A stretch of DNA of 64,000 nucleotides from Octopus vulgaris. Its lineage: Eukaryota. The translations under genes and the position numbers were made by a program. The notes under the pieces were generated by a model, which saw nothing but the letters and a program-made list of their open reading frames with translations, made no database searches and had not been told where the DNA came from. Shown here in pieces: positions 28,736 through 42,370 of this stretch. Where the stretch lies: positions 77,748,001 through 77,812,000 of the forward strand of contig OX597826.1 in the NCBI GenBank assembly GCA_951406725.2, read 5' to 3'. Each line of letters starts with the position of its first letter. The stretch's first letter is position 1.

Positions 28736-29831
28736 TACACACACATATATATGTATATATGTATATATATGTATATATATATATATATATACATATATAT
28801 ATACATATATATACATATATACATACATATGTATACATATATACATATATATACACACACAAGTACGTATATTTATGGAAAGACACTCACATACATACAT
28901 ACATGCATGCATGCATACATAGATACATACATACATACATACATACATACATACATACATACATACATACATACATACATACATACATACATACATACAT
29001 ACATACATACATACATACATACATACATACATACATACATACATACATGCCCGCATACATACATATATACATAGAAGTAAATTACGCCGGAGCACGTATT
29101 TCTTTTCCGAACAGGATTTGCTATTCTTCTTTTTTCATTTGTTCCTATTCTCTTTCATCGACGGTAACGGAAAATACAAACATTAGAGGAAAGAAAAAAC
29201 ACAAAATGGACGGAGGTGGGAAGACTAACTGATTGATAGCCTAATGTTACTGTTGAAATTACAAGTTTTTAGGATTAGCATACTTTATATTCTTCGTCTG
29301 TGGCATTTCCCTAAGAACTTCCTCCTAGCGTCATGCTACGTAGCCAATCACAAACACTAAATTGTATTTATACCACACACACATGCACATACACACATAT
29401 ATATGCATATACAGAACTATTTGCATATTTATATAGATTTGTATATACGGATATGCAGCATTCTATATGTGCAAGTATAATTATATAGACTATACACCCT
29501 GCACACATAAACACATATGCATGCATTCTCGCACATACATACATGCATATATATATATATATATTTATATATATTATACATACGTGTGCTTGTATATATA
29601 TAAATATAGATATATATATATATGTCAGTATACATACAAGTGCGCACAAGTAGGCACTCACATACAGGCATATACACATACATAAAGATGTGTACTTTCA
29701 CCGAAACATATACGCACACATGTAAAACATATATATCGTTGATTGCAAATTGGTATTTACAAATATATGTTTAATACACATGTGGAGGTGTATGTGTGTG
29801 TGGGTGGATGTATATTTGTTTATATATCCGA

Positions 29832-29892
<61 letters not shown>

Positions 29893-30052
29893 GAGTGAGA
29901 GAGAGATGGGTGTGTGTATGGATATGCGTTTAAATATATTTACACTTTTCTTGCAGACATTCATACATAATTAGAAACAAATAAATTATTTATGTTGCAC
30001 ACATACAGGAATATGCTCTCATGCACATACATATACGTAATGTATATATGTA

Positions 30053-30132
<80 letters not shown>

Positions 30133-30217
30133 AGGGTGAAAAGGAACACACGAGTTGATATATATGAAAAAACAAGTCAAGATAGAAAATGCTAAAATAA
30201 TTTTGTAAAGAACATTT

Positions 30218-30255
30218 CAGTACCGGTTTCGGTCATTTTGAGACCTTTTCAACTG
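30218..30255 (-). ncRNA. Minimal hammerhead, U3-A8 core variant
   Basis: Sense cag-TTGAAAA-ggtc tcaaaat gacc-GAAA-ccgg-TA-ctg. Stems I and II pair perfectly; stem III is the palindrome ACCGGT. Confidence 0.7.
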
Positions 30256-30442
30256 TAACGATTAAATAATTAAAATAGAAAAATTAAAAGAAAAGTTTTT
30301 TTAAAGGAATATTTGTATAGTGTTCAAATACAAGTGGCATTTTCCTTGTTTCTGCCTTTCTCTGTCTCTCTTGTTTACACTTATGATTCTGCTGAGATGT
30401 TTTGGAAGAAAAACATGTAACAACCGAACGATATGTCCTTTT

Positions 30443-30532
30443 TTTACTCCCCTGACGAGGTTTTGCCCAATAGAAATTTTTAATTACTAGGATTAAGTTC
30501 TTTTGGGAAAAATCGAAACAGCTGTAAGTGAA
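30443..30532 (+). ncRNA. Hammerhead with long stem II
   Basis: CTGACGA (30452-30458); stem II ggttttgcccaatagaa/ttcttttgggaaaaatc; GAAA-cagctg-TA. Stem I tttact/agtgaa needs a 3-nt C bulge. Confidence 0.65.
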
Positions 30533-30641
30533 CATGTTGAATGGTTGCAGTTAATACATTATATGAACGCTATTTCTTCATTTTCTGGATTTAAATTTGA
30601 ATATTTAGAAACCAAGATTTAAATCTATTATTTTAGGAATG

Positions 30642-31320
30642 CTAATATTCACAACAATATAATAGGTAACAAACTGCTGCTCTCATCTGTGTTTCCTGCC
30701 GCGAGGTAGGCCCGCCTGGAACCCGTATTAGGAAGAGATCCAGTTTTGTTTTAAAGACACTTACATCCACACCATGCAGGTCTCTCAGGCACTTTGGAAG
30801 GATACTGAAGAGCTGTGGGCTCTTGAAGCCCAAGCTGTTGCAGTATCTGGTCCTCTATTTTGCTGGCGATGCTAGGACCTTTGGCACTATGCAGTGGCGC
30901 CCCGTTCTGCAGTTTGAATAACTTTCAATGCCAAAGTTTGGTACAAGGCCTTCTAGGATTTTCCAGATGTATATCACTGCATATCTCTCCCGCCTTCGTT
31001 CCAGGGAGAAGAGTTTTAAGTCTTTAAGTCTTTCCTAGTAACTGGCATGTTGCATCGAGATGATTTTCTTAGTGTGGCTTCGTTGGATTGCTTCGAGTTC
31101 CGCCGTGGATTTTTTATTGTGTGGCGACTATAGTTGGGAGCAATAGTCTAAGCGGCTGAGAACATATGTCCGCCAAAGGATCATCAATGTCCCCTTTCCT
31201 CTTGTTTTGAAAGTTCGGAGGATCTATTCAGCCAGCCGTCTGCATTTTATTACCAAATTGGTAATATGCACTTGGAAAGATGCATCATTGCTCATGTCAG
31301 TGTCCACATCACGCACTGAT
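30642..31320 (-). mobile_element. CR1-clade LINE ORF2 3' fragment
   Basis: One frame: [19 protein letters not shown]...ILRTFKTR...[10 protein letters not shown]...LEAIQRS...Y*ERLKDLKLFSLERRRERYAVIYIWKILEGLVPN...FKTKLDLFL. Confidence 0.92.
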
Positions 31321-31387
31321 GTTTGTATATATATATATATATATATGAATATATATGTGTGTGTATGTGTATGTGTATATTTATGTA

Positions 31388-31457
<70 letters not shown>

Positions 31458-31777
31458 TATATGTAAATGTGATAAATATGCAAAAGTAAGAAAGATCTTA
31501 TGCCTATCTCTGTGTATGGAGATAGGGACAGAGGAGGTGTGTGAGAAGTATGGTGCACAGGGCTTTAGCTAGTGGTGTGTGAAGCTGTGCAACATTGGGA
31601 TAAGAGGTGTGGGGGAGGAAGGTGAAATACGTGTGAATGGGTTCACAGAATATGTGAGCTTAACTGAATTTGTGCACCTGCCAGTTGTTCGTCTATAAAC
31701 ACCTTATTTACTCTGATTCTACTTAATCGCATCCTTTTTTGAGCTTTAGCGTCTAGAATGCGTATGGGATGCATTCA

Positions 31778-31834
<57 letters not shown>

Positions 31835-32003
31835 ATCTATCTATCTGTCTGTCTATCTATCTATCTATCTATCTATATATATATATGCATATATGTATGT
31901 ATATATGTATGTATGCATGTTTGTATGTACATATGTATGTATGTATGTATGTATGTATATATGAATGTATGAATGTATGTATGTATATATGTGTGTATGT
32001 ATG

Positions 32004-32235
32004 AGAAATTAAAATGGCAAAGAAATAAGAAATTATGACATAAACTTCAATAACTTACAGCTGTTTCTGCTATAAGATGCAATGCACACGGAGCTTCACA
32101 TTTGAAGCTTCGATGAAGCTATAGAGTGATTACGCAAGCACTCAACTATGAGTGCACTGCGTCCTACAGCAGAAACGACTGTGAGCTAACGTAGTTCATG
32201 ACATATTTTCTTATTCCTTTGTCATTTTAATTTCT
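32004..32235. mobile_element. Inverted pair of ~84-bp arms carrying hammerhead 3' halves (PLE pLTR-like)
   Basis: 32004-32088 and 32151-32235 are roughly 80% reverse-complementary. The left arm reads GAAACAGCTGTAAG on the minus strand. A degenerate core TCGATGA...GAAAC lies on the plus strand. Confidence 0.6.
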
Positions 32236-32872
32236 TTCCACTGCACTGTACTCGACTGACGTTTCCATCTGATGCAAACGTACATTGAGCTGGAACACCA
32301 GTTTCTGTCGATATGCCTAAACGAAATAATACATACATAAATACATACGTACATATATACATATGTATATATATACATACACACACGCACATATATATAC
32401 ATGCATCCATCTTTACAGACGTTGGTCCACTCAGAAAATACTTCATCAAACGATTAGCGCCATTTTCCTGCGCGCTTGTTTTTATATCTTGCGTTCTTTT
32501 GTCCAATGTCGGCATTTGGATAATTCTTTAATCTCATACGTGGCACCACGTCGTTAGTTCGTTTCGATTCTTTTGTCATTGAAAAAAAAAAAAAACAGAC
32601 AAAAAAAAAGAAAAAGAAAAAGAAGAAAAAAAATGAAAGACGAAGAAATGATAAAGAGATAACGTATTATTCGACCAAACGAAATCGGAATGAAAACGGT
32701 GGAACGAAAAAACCGAAGAAAATTAAGAAAAATAGTATTAAAAGTAGAAACTAAGGAAAATATATTAAAAAAAAAAGGAAAATCAGAGTCCTCATCATCC
32801 CGCCCAAAAATGAATAAATAATGCAATAATTCACACACACACACACACGCATTTGTATGTGTATGTACGTAC

Positions 32873-32960
<88 letters not shown>

Positions 32961-32963
32961 GTA

Positions 32964-33009
<46 letters not shown>

Positions 33010-33025
33010 TATACATAATATATAC

Positions 33026-33130
<105 letters not shown>

Positions 33131-33165
33131 CACCTACATACATCCATGTGCAAGTATATATCCTC

Positions 33166-33203
<38 letters not shown>

Positions 33204-35529
33204 CAATAATAAAGATAACAATAATAATGATATTATTTGTCTAAGCGAAATCAAGATAAATAAATAAATAAATAAATAAATGCAAATCGAACAAGAAAAG
33301 AAAATGCAAGGAATAAAAGAATACACGAACGAAAGAATAAACAAAGAATACATTCTCTGTTCAAAGACAAACAAATGTCTGTCTGAAAGTTTGGCATATT
33401 TATTCTCCGTCGATCTCCGTTGTATTTTTTTTTTTTTTGCGTTTATTTCGTTTTGTTTTATTAATTTTGATCTGTTTCATTTATTTTTTTATATTATAAT
33501 TTACTGTTGAGTGGTCGTAGGGGCGGCGGCGGCGGCGGCGGCGGTGGTGGTGGTGTAAGCTAGAAGTGAGTTTGTGCTGAAGTAATAACAATCTATACGT
33601 TATTCGCTTGTTTCTACAATCGTGATCATTACACTCAGGTTTTCGTGTCTCGGTCGATGCCAGCTAACTTCTCGTTGTTTAATGTTGTTCTTGGGTGAAA
33701 ACATAGACGTACAAGATATATATATATTTGCGGCTAATTGGCAAAAATCGTGAAGAGTGTCGGTTAGATTGCTTTGCGGTAGTCTCTCTCTGAGGGCGAC
33801 GAGTGCAAAAGCTGGCAAGGTCAACTTTGCATTTCAAGTTTTCGAGGTCGAAAAAAAAGTAAATAATGTAAATAATGTAAAAAAAAAAGTATCTGACTTG
33901 TACTTCGGGTAGATTCTTCTTTTCGTTGCTTTGTCTGTGTCTCTTTCTGCCCTGGAATATATTGACTATGGTTAGACCTAGAACGGAATACACTCCACCA
34001 GGTCTAACAGAGACCTTGTTCGAGGCTCTAGAATGATATGACAAGTTATAATACTTACACATCTGTGTATATTTTCAGAAAGATAAAATGTCTTAGATTT
34101 TCTTTGAGGTTTGTCAAAAAAGAAATTATCTTTTTACTCTAAAGAAAGCTTTATTCTTCTGAGGAGAATGTTTCCATCCCAAATTGAAGGATTTCCTATT
34201 TCTATATCATGTTACCGACATTACTAATGGCCCTGAGAAACATATGGCATCGCCAATTACGACTTCTCTCCCTCTCTTTTTCCTTTCTTTCATTTATCAT
34301 TCTCCCTGTTGCTTTTAACTTTCATCTCCGAGTTAATATAATTAGCACCAATTTTATCGACTTCACGATTCATGCAGTCGTTCTGTCCTTCCCATGTTAG
34401 AAAAAAAGAGTTCCTTGCTACATCAGGTTGACAATTAACAGCGCCCCTCTCTGGTGGCGACCATAACAAGAATAATGCAGACCAAGGAACTTTCATGGGA
34501 GAAGACGTTTCTCTTTTAAAAGCCTTCTCTTGTCGGCTGCAGGCAATTTTGAATGAGGAAGAAAGAGACGGATTGACATAGAGGGAAAAAAAGAATCGTT
34601 CGCTCGTAGTATGTGATTTATACTTTATGTGTCGACAGTGAAAACAAAACAAAATTTGACCTCAGAGCCGAAACAGCCGGAATGCGGCAAGTTATTCTAC
34701 CCGGTGCTCTAACGATTCTGTCAATTTTCTTCCTTTAGAAGAAAAAAGTTTAAAAAAGAAAAGAAAACTAGTCTGATTAGTACGATTAGGGTGTCAGGCA
34801 TTCAAACACATCGGGTAGGAATCAATTTTGTTTTTTAACCTTTCAGTGTCGATAAAATAAAACATCAGTGAAATAATGGGAATGAGGGTCGATGATATTG
34901 GCTAACATACCCACTACAAAATGATGTATGCTAGAAACAATTATTTAGATGACGAATTCCTAGCCTTTTTGTCCAGGGTTCAATTCCTGCCGAGGTCAAC
35001 TTTGCCGCTTATCTTTACGAGCTCGATAAAATCAAGATCCCTTGAATAAATACTGGACTTGTTTATATCAATGGTTTTCATTTTGCAAATTTCTGGCTTT
35101 GTCTGTGAGCCACCACCGTTATGATGGCGCATTGTTACAGGAGGTCAGACAATGGACAACCTGGTTCGTAGTATTTATAAATTACAGTATTTAACAGTTT
35201 ACATTCAAAGTTCGAACCTCGCTTTCATCCTTCCATTCCGTTTTACATTCCAGTTGCAGCAGAACACAGAACTCTGTCTCTCTCTTTCTCTCCTTCTCTC
35301 TCTCTTCTCCCCCTCCCCCTCTCTCTCTCTCATCTCTTCCTTGCTAAAAAAAGATTATCCAGAAACATCGGATCTTTCAGTTGCTTCGGGGTAGCTACAT
35401 TGGTTTTAACCATAACACTGAGAGAATTGACAGAATCGGTAGAGCATCGAACAGAATAGCTCGCGGTATTTGCTCCGCCTGTCTTCGTTTCGAGTTCAAA
35501 TCCTACAAAAGCTAACTTAATTTTTCCTC

Positions 35530-35932
35530 TCTTTTCGATGAAGATGAAGTCTGGTGCCATTTCCTTGTTGGAAGCATTCCTGAAACTTCTCTTTTGGGAT
35601 TGTGAACTGGTACCTCGTCACATTCTCTTGGATTTCTTCGTTGTCTTGAAATTTTGTTGGGGATCTTCTGTGATTACTGAGCCTTGATTTCAGGATCACA
35701 GACGTAAATCCTCCAAGATATGTCACCTGTTATGACCGGTTTCAAAAATTTTCCATTGTCTCTGGCACAATCAAGGAACTCCTGCGCAGCTGAAACCCGA
35801 TTTTCTCTTTGAGACAACCACACTCGCATGCGCGACAGTGTTGGTCCTCAATCTGTGACAAGTGGCTGCATTCTGCATTCTTTAACTCCGTTACCATAGC
35901 AACAGACCTGATACTTTTTGATCAAACTTTGT
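35530..35932 (-). mobile_element. Internally deleted mariner relic whose 5' TIR is split by a SINE
   Basis: RVSAAQEFLDCARDNGKFLKPVITGDISW..CDPEIKAQ (first catalytic D region) joined to FQDNEEIQENVT...IPKEKFQECFQQ. TIR TA-CAAGGTTTGATCAAAAAGTATCAGG is reconstructed across the SINE. Confidence 0.82.
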
Positions 35933-36320
35933 CGTCGTGTCACTCCGTCGGTTACGACGACGAGGGTTCCAGTTGATCCGATCATCGGAATAGCCTGTTC
36001 GTGAAATTAACGTGAAAGTGGCTGAGCACTCCACAGACACGTGTACTGCTTAACGTAGTTCTCGGGGGAGATTCAGCGTGACACAGAGTGTGACAAGGCT
36101 GGCCCCTTTTAAATACAGGCACAACAGAAACAGGAAGAAAGAGTGAGAGAAAGTTGTGATGAAAGAGTACAGCAGTGTTCACCACTACTCCCTGCCGGAA
36201 TCTCGTGGAGCTTTAGGTGGTTTCGCTCAATAAACACTCGCAACGCCCGGTCAGGGAATCGAAACCGTGATCCCACGATCACGAGTCCGCTGCCCTAACA
36301 ACTGGACCATTGCGCCTCCA
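35933..36320 (-). mobile_element. tRNA-derived SINE family C, full length
   Basis: Sense head TGGAGGCGCAATGGTCCAGTGTTAGGGCAGCGGACTC..GTTTCGATTCCC. 14-bp TSD TGATCAAAC(T/C)TTGT at 35919-35932 and 36321-36334. Confidence 0.92.
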
Positions 36321-37183
36321 TGATCAAACCTTGTATTCAGGAGTGGATGTGAGTATAGGCATAGTGACGTGTAAAATACTTTGTGGTATTTGATAATGTT
36401 TCTCTTCGTTCTGAGTTCGATCCTCACTAAGGTTGTCTTTGCTATTTTTCTTTGGATGTATTTGAAGTATTTAAGTCATTAAAAATTCATTTCTCTGTAA
36501 AAAGAAAAACTTCTCTTCTATGATTGTTTCAGCTCTTCGGCAAGTCCGTTGAAAAAGAGGCTTGGTGAAGAGGTCAGAATAAAGCAGAAACATGTCCAAA
36601 GTTATCTCCTGTACTTGTTTTAAAAAAACAAATGAAAGTAATATTAGTTATTAATTAATATTTCTTCTTTTCCCCATCACACAATTATTTCCAATTAGCT
36701 TTTTAATACTAGCTGCCTTAATTATTTTAACACTAACTGAACTAAAGTCGTTCAAACACACGGCGTCCTTGAATGATATTATTTCTAAATAAGTACCATT
36801 CGAATGCTGGGGTCGATACCATCGACTGTACATTATGAAGGTTGATGCACCAACGTTAGCACAACTAATGAGTGAAGCCGGGTAAAGAAGAGGCTAAAAT
36901 ATGGCGCGGAGTGTAAGGTTGGTTCTAGACTCTGTCTAAGACTGCAAGGTTTATCGGAAGATGAGATTCACAAAGAAACCTCCGAAATATATTGATTTGG
37001 AGTAATATGAAGGATTGAATAGAATTTCAATATTAAGAAAAGAGCAAATGAGATCAAATATTGATTATTTTGTAATGGCATGAAGAGTTATATTTTATTG
37101 ATTCTGTTTCAGCATACCCCGTATCACCCAGAGTGATGAAAAGCCTTCCTCAGATTCTGATAATAACAATAATAATAATAATG

Positions 37184-37235
<52 letters not shown>

Positions 37236-37237
37236 TA

Positions 37238-37271
<34 letters not shown>

Positions 37272-37273
37272 GG

Positions 37274-37366
<93 letters not shown>

Positions 37367-37374
37367 AAATATTC

Positions 37375-37573
37375 TTTCTAATTTTGGGACCAAGCCAGCA
37401 ATTTTGAGGGGAGGGGGACTCGTGTACATTGACCTCAGTGTGCAACTGGTATTTATTTTATCGATCTCAAACGATGAAAGACAAAGTCGATCTCGGCGGC
37501 ATCTGAAATCTGAGCTTAAAGAGGCGGAAGAAATTCTTCTAAGCATTTTGTTCGGCGAGCTAACGATACTGCC
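37375..37573 (-). mobile_element. Diverged SINE family A (tail type B)
   Basis: GATGAAAGACAAAGTCGATCTCGGCGG core and antisense head GCTAACGATACTGCCA. Confidence 0.75.
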
Positions 37574-39606
37574 ATGATAATGGTTTCCAATTGACAGTGC
37601 AGGGTTTCGACAAAATTTGAACGCAAATTCTGAAAAACCATTTCTTTCGATGCTCTACCGATTCTGTTAAAGCATGCCCTTAGAGAATCGGAAACATTGC
37701 TTTGCGATATTTCTTCCGGCATCAGGCTGCACATTTCTTTTTTTTGTGTGTGTGTGTGTGATAGAATGAAGTTCCGTTCATGTACGAGCGGTTCTCCATC
37801 CCTAGCGTAAAGAAGACAATAAAAGAAACACGTTTAAAGATATCCTTTCATTTATAGATCTCTGTCTTTAGAAATACAAAATCTCTTCAACTGGTCTTTA
37901 TTCTCTTCTATTCAAAGCTGGACGAAGCTGCCCAAGAGAAATAGAAATTGTTTAACAAATAACCGGTTTTTAGAGCTGTTTAATCATCGGCTCTTTTGTT
38001 TTTGCTGTCACCGACTTTGCAAAGAATTGCTGGCGTTTTAATTCAAAAGGGAATTTGTAAAAATTTATAAATTTATAAGACTGGGAAATCCTGAGTAATG
38101 ACTTTCCGAGAATAATTCTTGGATTGTTGCAATAATCACTTGGTTTGACATTGAAATAATATAATTGTAGAAATATCCCAGAATGCACTGCGGCCATTGC
38201 GAGTCTGTCCTTAGCAACAAAACTTCATTATTGCTGTCATTTGTAGTGATTGGTTCATTGGAGGAGCTGAAACGGTAATTTGTACAAATGTGCAAATATG
38301 TAAATATGTATCGAATTATTTTGTTTATTGATTGTGGCCGTCGTTTAGCTCCAGATTGCACCTAATCGAACAATCTTTTAATCAAAGATAGTCGAGCCAT
38401 GATTATCTTATTTGATTTTCTGATAATCCATCGAGAGCCACATTATTCAGTATCCATTTTTACGACGATGATGAGGAATTTTCTTTTTAGTCTGTTTCTA
38501 GTCATCAAGGCCATGCTGTGGCATCGTCTACTTCACAGGGTGGGGTGCATTGAGGAGGAGTTGACTGCTATATATGTTTATGTCCATGCACGTGCTAGTC
38601 TAGACCACACTTTGATTCGTACAAAACCGAGATAAATTTATGTTAAAATGTTCAATGAAAATATTTAAGGCAAATTAAACGATTTGAAATTTATAACTAT
38701 TGTCTGTGAGATGTAAAAGACACGGAATTGAAAAACAAGATTTATACGATATGAATTAGATAAATTAAATACCTTATTATTCTGAGACAATGTATGGCTT
38801 CAATGAGTTATTCTTAGATTTTTATTAGTTGCCCACGGAAAACTTTCATTGAAGTCCTACGTGGCGCGGAAAAGTTGCCAAACACAGATATATCCTTTAA
38901 CCAAACCGAAAATATCGCCACCTGAGGAAATGACACAGAGATTCACTGAGAAATTCTCTACAACAACTGGTTTCTTTGCCTTTCCTTTTCTTCCGAAATG
39001 GTTTTTGCTTCTGTAAATTAGCAACCTTAGAATTTACGTCGTACCTTTTGACCAAGTCTACCCGAAATACCTCCCAAGTCTCCTCTCGCCGCACTTACTG
39101 CAACTCACCTTTTCACATTAAACATTCTAACCATTCACTCTCAGAGTTATTATTCGCTGGAATTGTCCACCATCTTCGACCGTCTACATCTTGTTTACCC
39201 TCAGTTTACCTCAGGTCTAGCAAAGATGTGATCATTCACGTTCTAATAGTAACCATCCAATTAAATTTTCAGATATAGTATGTCTCGACAGAAATGTTCC
39301 TATATACGTAATTTCCAATTTTCTTTAAACAGAATAGTTGAGGCTGCTTTATAGGGATGTCTGGCTGCTATTGTTAGCAGGTCGAACAGCAACACTTAGA
39401 GGAACCCTTGATGACTCATTCACAAATTTCTTATCGACGTTGACCAGCAGACATTGACCTGTACGCTGCGTATGTTGATCAGTTTAACATCTATTAGTTA
39501 CCGAAACCCGAGTGTAAGGCTTTTCACGGGTGTTGTAAACCTTACTCTCATCATACCATAAATAACAATAGAAATAAGGACATAGACCGCGCCGATAGCT
39601 CTCGAT

Positions 39607-40288
39607 CATGGGTTCGCAACTTGGTTCCATGAGACCCTTGGGGGATCATTTAGGATTTTGCTGATAAAGTTTATCTGCAATAAATGGGTTTTTACAAAAC
39701 AAAAAATATTTTAATAATTTTTTTTACACAATTCCAAGTAATGTTTTATTCTGTTATTCTTTTATTCTTTTATTGGTTTCAGTCATTTGACTGCGGCCAT
39801 GCTGGAGCACCGCCTTTAGTCGAAGAAATCGAGCCCAGGACTTATTCTTTGCAAGCCTAATACTTATTTTATCGGATCTCCTTTGTCGAACCGCTAAATA
39901 ACGGGGACATAAACACACCGACATCGATTGTCAAGCGATGGTGGTGGCGGGGTCAAGCACAGACACACAAATACATACATACATGCATGCATATGTACGA
40001 CGGGCTTCTTTCAGTTTCCGTCTACCAAATCCACTCACAAGGCTTTAGTCGGCCCGAGGCTATAGCAGAAGACACTTGCCCAGGGTGCCACGCAGTGGGA
40101 CTGAACCCGGAACCATGTGGTTCCTAAGCAAGCTACTTATCACGAAACCAGTCCTGCGCCTATTTAATTTTAAAATATATAATAACATATGTTTTAAGCA
40201 TCGAATTACTACGGGGGTCCATTTGAGTAAAACAGACATCAAAGAATTTCATAACCATGAAAAAAAAATTTCTTTTTGAGAACGAGTG
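39607..40288. mobile_element. Degenerate hAT MITE interrupted by a family B SINE
   Basis: Ends CATGGGTTCGCAAC / TTGAGAACGAGTG resemble the 3646 MITE TIRs; GGGGTCCAT subterminal motif. No clear TSD. Confidence 0.45.
39745..40161 (-). mobile_element. SINE family B, full length, well preserved
   Basis: Sense ..GGTTCCGGGTTCAGTCCCACTGCGTGGCACCCTGGGCAAGTGTCTTCT..; (AAAAGAAT)n tail. Confidence 0.92.
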
Positions 40289-40730
40289 CTCTAAGACTTA
40301 GCAAGAATGCAGTTTGAGTGCTTATAATGCTCTTTTTTATATATTTTTTTTTATCTTTCTTCCCGAGGAATAGTTTCCTGCTTTCACCAAATCGATGCCA
40401 ACTCAGAGTTCTGCAGAAATAGAAAAGTCTATTTAACACTAAATTTGATATTCATATGTCTAATTTGGTAAAAATAAAAATGAATGAATTATTGATTGAC
40501 CGTTTAATTAAAGACGATAATGAAGCGGTTGTCTGTTTTGGCTACGAAACTAACTTCATTATTATACAATATGTTCGTGTGTATTTGTGTATACGTGTTT
40601 ATGTGTTTCCATCTTATACACACGTTTATGTATATACATATACATACACACATACATACACACACAAACACACACATATACACACATACATATATATATT
40701 AAACTAATACACACGCATAAATATGAAATA

Positions 40731-40769
<39 letters not shown>

Positions 40770-40815
40770 GTATATAAACACACATATTAAACTATATACA
40801 CACGCATAAATATAA

Positions 40816-40847
<32 letters not shown>

Positions 40848-41395
40848 ATATATATATACATATATACGTATATATATATATATATATTTACATATATATG
40901 TATATACGTATATACGTATATACATATATATGTATATATGTGTGTATATATGTATATATATGTCTGTGTGTGTGTGTGTGTGTATACATATACACACGCA
41001 CGTGCGCACGCACGTACACAGACGCATGGATATCCCTTCCTTCTTTTCATCCCTTTCCTTCCTATTTCTTTTCTTTTCCAACATCGTTTACGCCTCTTCA
41101 TTTACCCAGGACAACGATGTTATATGGCCAATCATTACGGTCATATTCTTTCTATTATATGCAATCAAATTTCTTCTAGATTTTCCAAATACATTTGGTG
41201 CATTTCTTTAAAAAAAATATGCTTATGTGCCATTCCTGAAGATAATGCGAAGATCGGAACCGAAACTCGGAGCAAGAAGTGAATATTCATCAATAAAATT
41301 TATTCTTGTAATTTTATATTGAATCTATTTTTACGCACCTTCTTTCCTTCAATACATGTTTGTGTGACTAAGAAAGCTTATCTTCACACACACAC

Positions 41396-41435
<40 letters not shown>

Positions 41436-41761
41436 GGATAATTTAAAAATAGGATAAAATCTTTGTACGAATTTATCAAGTAGTTAGCGGGAAAAACCTC
41501 ATAAGGGAAAATTTTATTAATTATTCCTTTTAAATATATTTATTTATATTAAGGACATTACTATACATAAATGCCTCAGGCTAGGAGGGACTTTTAAAGT
41601 AAGTAACTGCCATAATAAACACATTGTACCGAACGCGAAGGAATGCAACGCTTGAAGCGAGCCTTTTAAAAACAGACTCAGCTGCAGATCATGTGATTTC
41701 ATAATTAGTGCACACAATGCACTTTTTAATCGTCAGTGCAAGCATAATCAAAACATTTTTA

Positions 41762-41813
<52 letters not shown>

Positions 41814-41869
41814 CATACATACATACATACGTACATATATATCTATATAGATATATGTATGTATGTATG

Positions 41870-41921
<52 letters not shown>

Positions 41922-41964
41922 TGAGAAAGTTGGTGTGTGAAAGCACGTGGTTGGATGTATAAAA

Positions 41965-42199
41965 AATAGAAAAGAGTGAAAAAACTACAGAAGACTTGTT
42001 TTATAAGGTTAAAGAATATATTTAAAATCGTCATGTTTAGAAAAATCTTATAAAATTTTTGTGTATAGTAACATAGTTTTTGGAGAAAACTACGTTACAA
42101 TACACAAACATTTTATAACATTTTTCTAACATAACGACTTAAATATATTCTTTAACTTTATGAAACAAGCCTTCTGTAGTTTTTTCCCGCTTTTCTATT
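41965..42199. repeat. ~235-bp imperfect palindrome (foldback)
   Basis: Arms of ~115 bp, about 85-90% reverse-complementary by eye, centred on TAGTTTTTGGAGAAAACTA. Confidence 0.88.
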
Positions 42200-42211
42200 A
42201 TATATATATAT

Positions 42212-42370
42212 ACGACGGGCTTCTGAGCATTTCTGCCTGCAAAATTCAGTAACAAAGCTTTGGTCGGTTCGAGGCTATGGTAAACCCTTGCTCAAGATGC
42301 CACGTAGTGGGACTGAACCCGGAACCATGTGGTTGGGAAGCCAGATTCTTGCCACATAGCCACTCCTGTA
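42212..42370 (-). mobile_element. SINE family B, 5' half
   Basis: GTGGGACTGAACCCGGAACCATGTGGTTGGGAAGC. Confidence 0.85.

Noticed and set aside
34439-34460. CTCF-like motif CCACCAGAGAGGGGCGC (minus)
   Set aside because: Spacing departs from the consensus; a single imperfect match is uninformative.
37095-37160. Minus-strand CTGAGGA...GAAAC motif
   Set aside because: Stems I and III cannot be formed convincingly.
38976-39278. Possible PLE RT relics here and at 4400-4620; possible RTE 3' relics at 7990-8130 and 43860-44130
   Set aside because: Only loose motif echoes; a profile-HMM search would be needed.
41233-41280. CTGAAGA...GAAACTCGGAG followed by AATAAA
   Set aside because: May be a decayed PLE hammerhead, but stem II is unpaired and the UH site is lost, so it is not counted.
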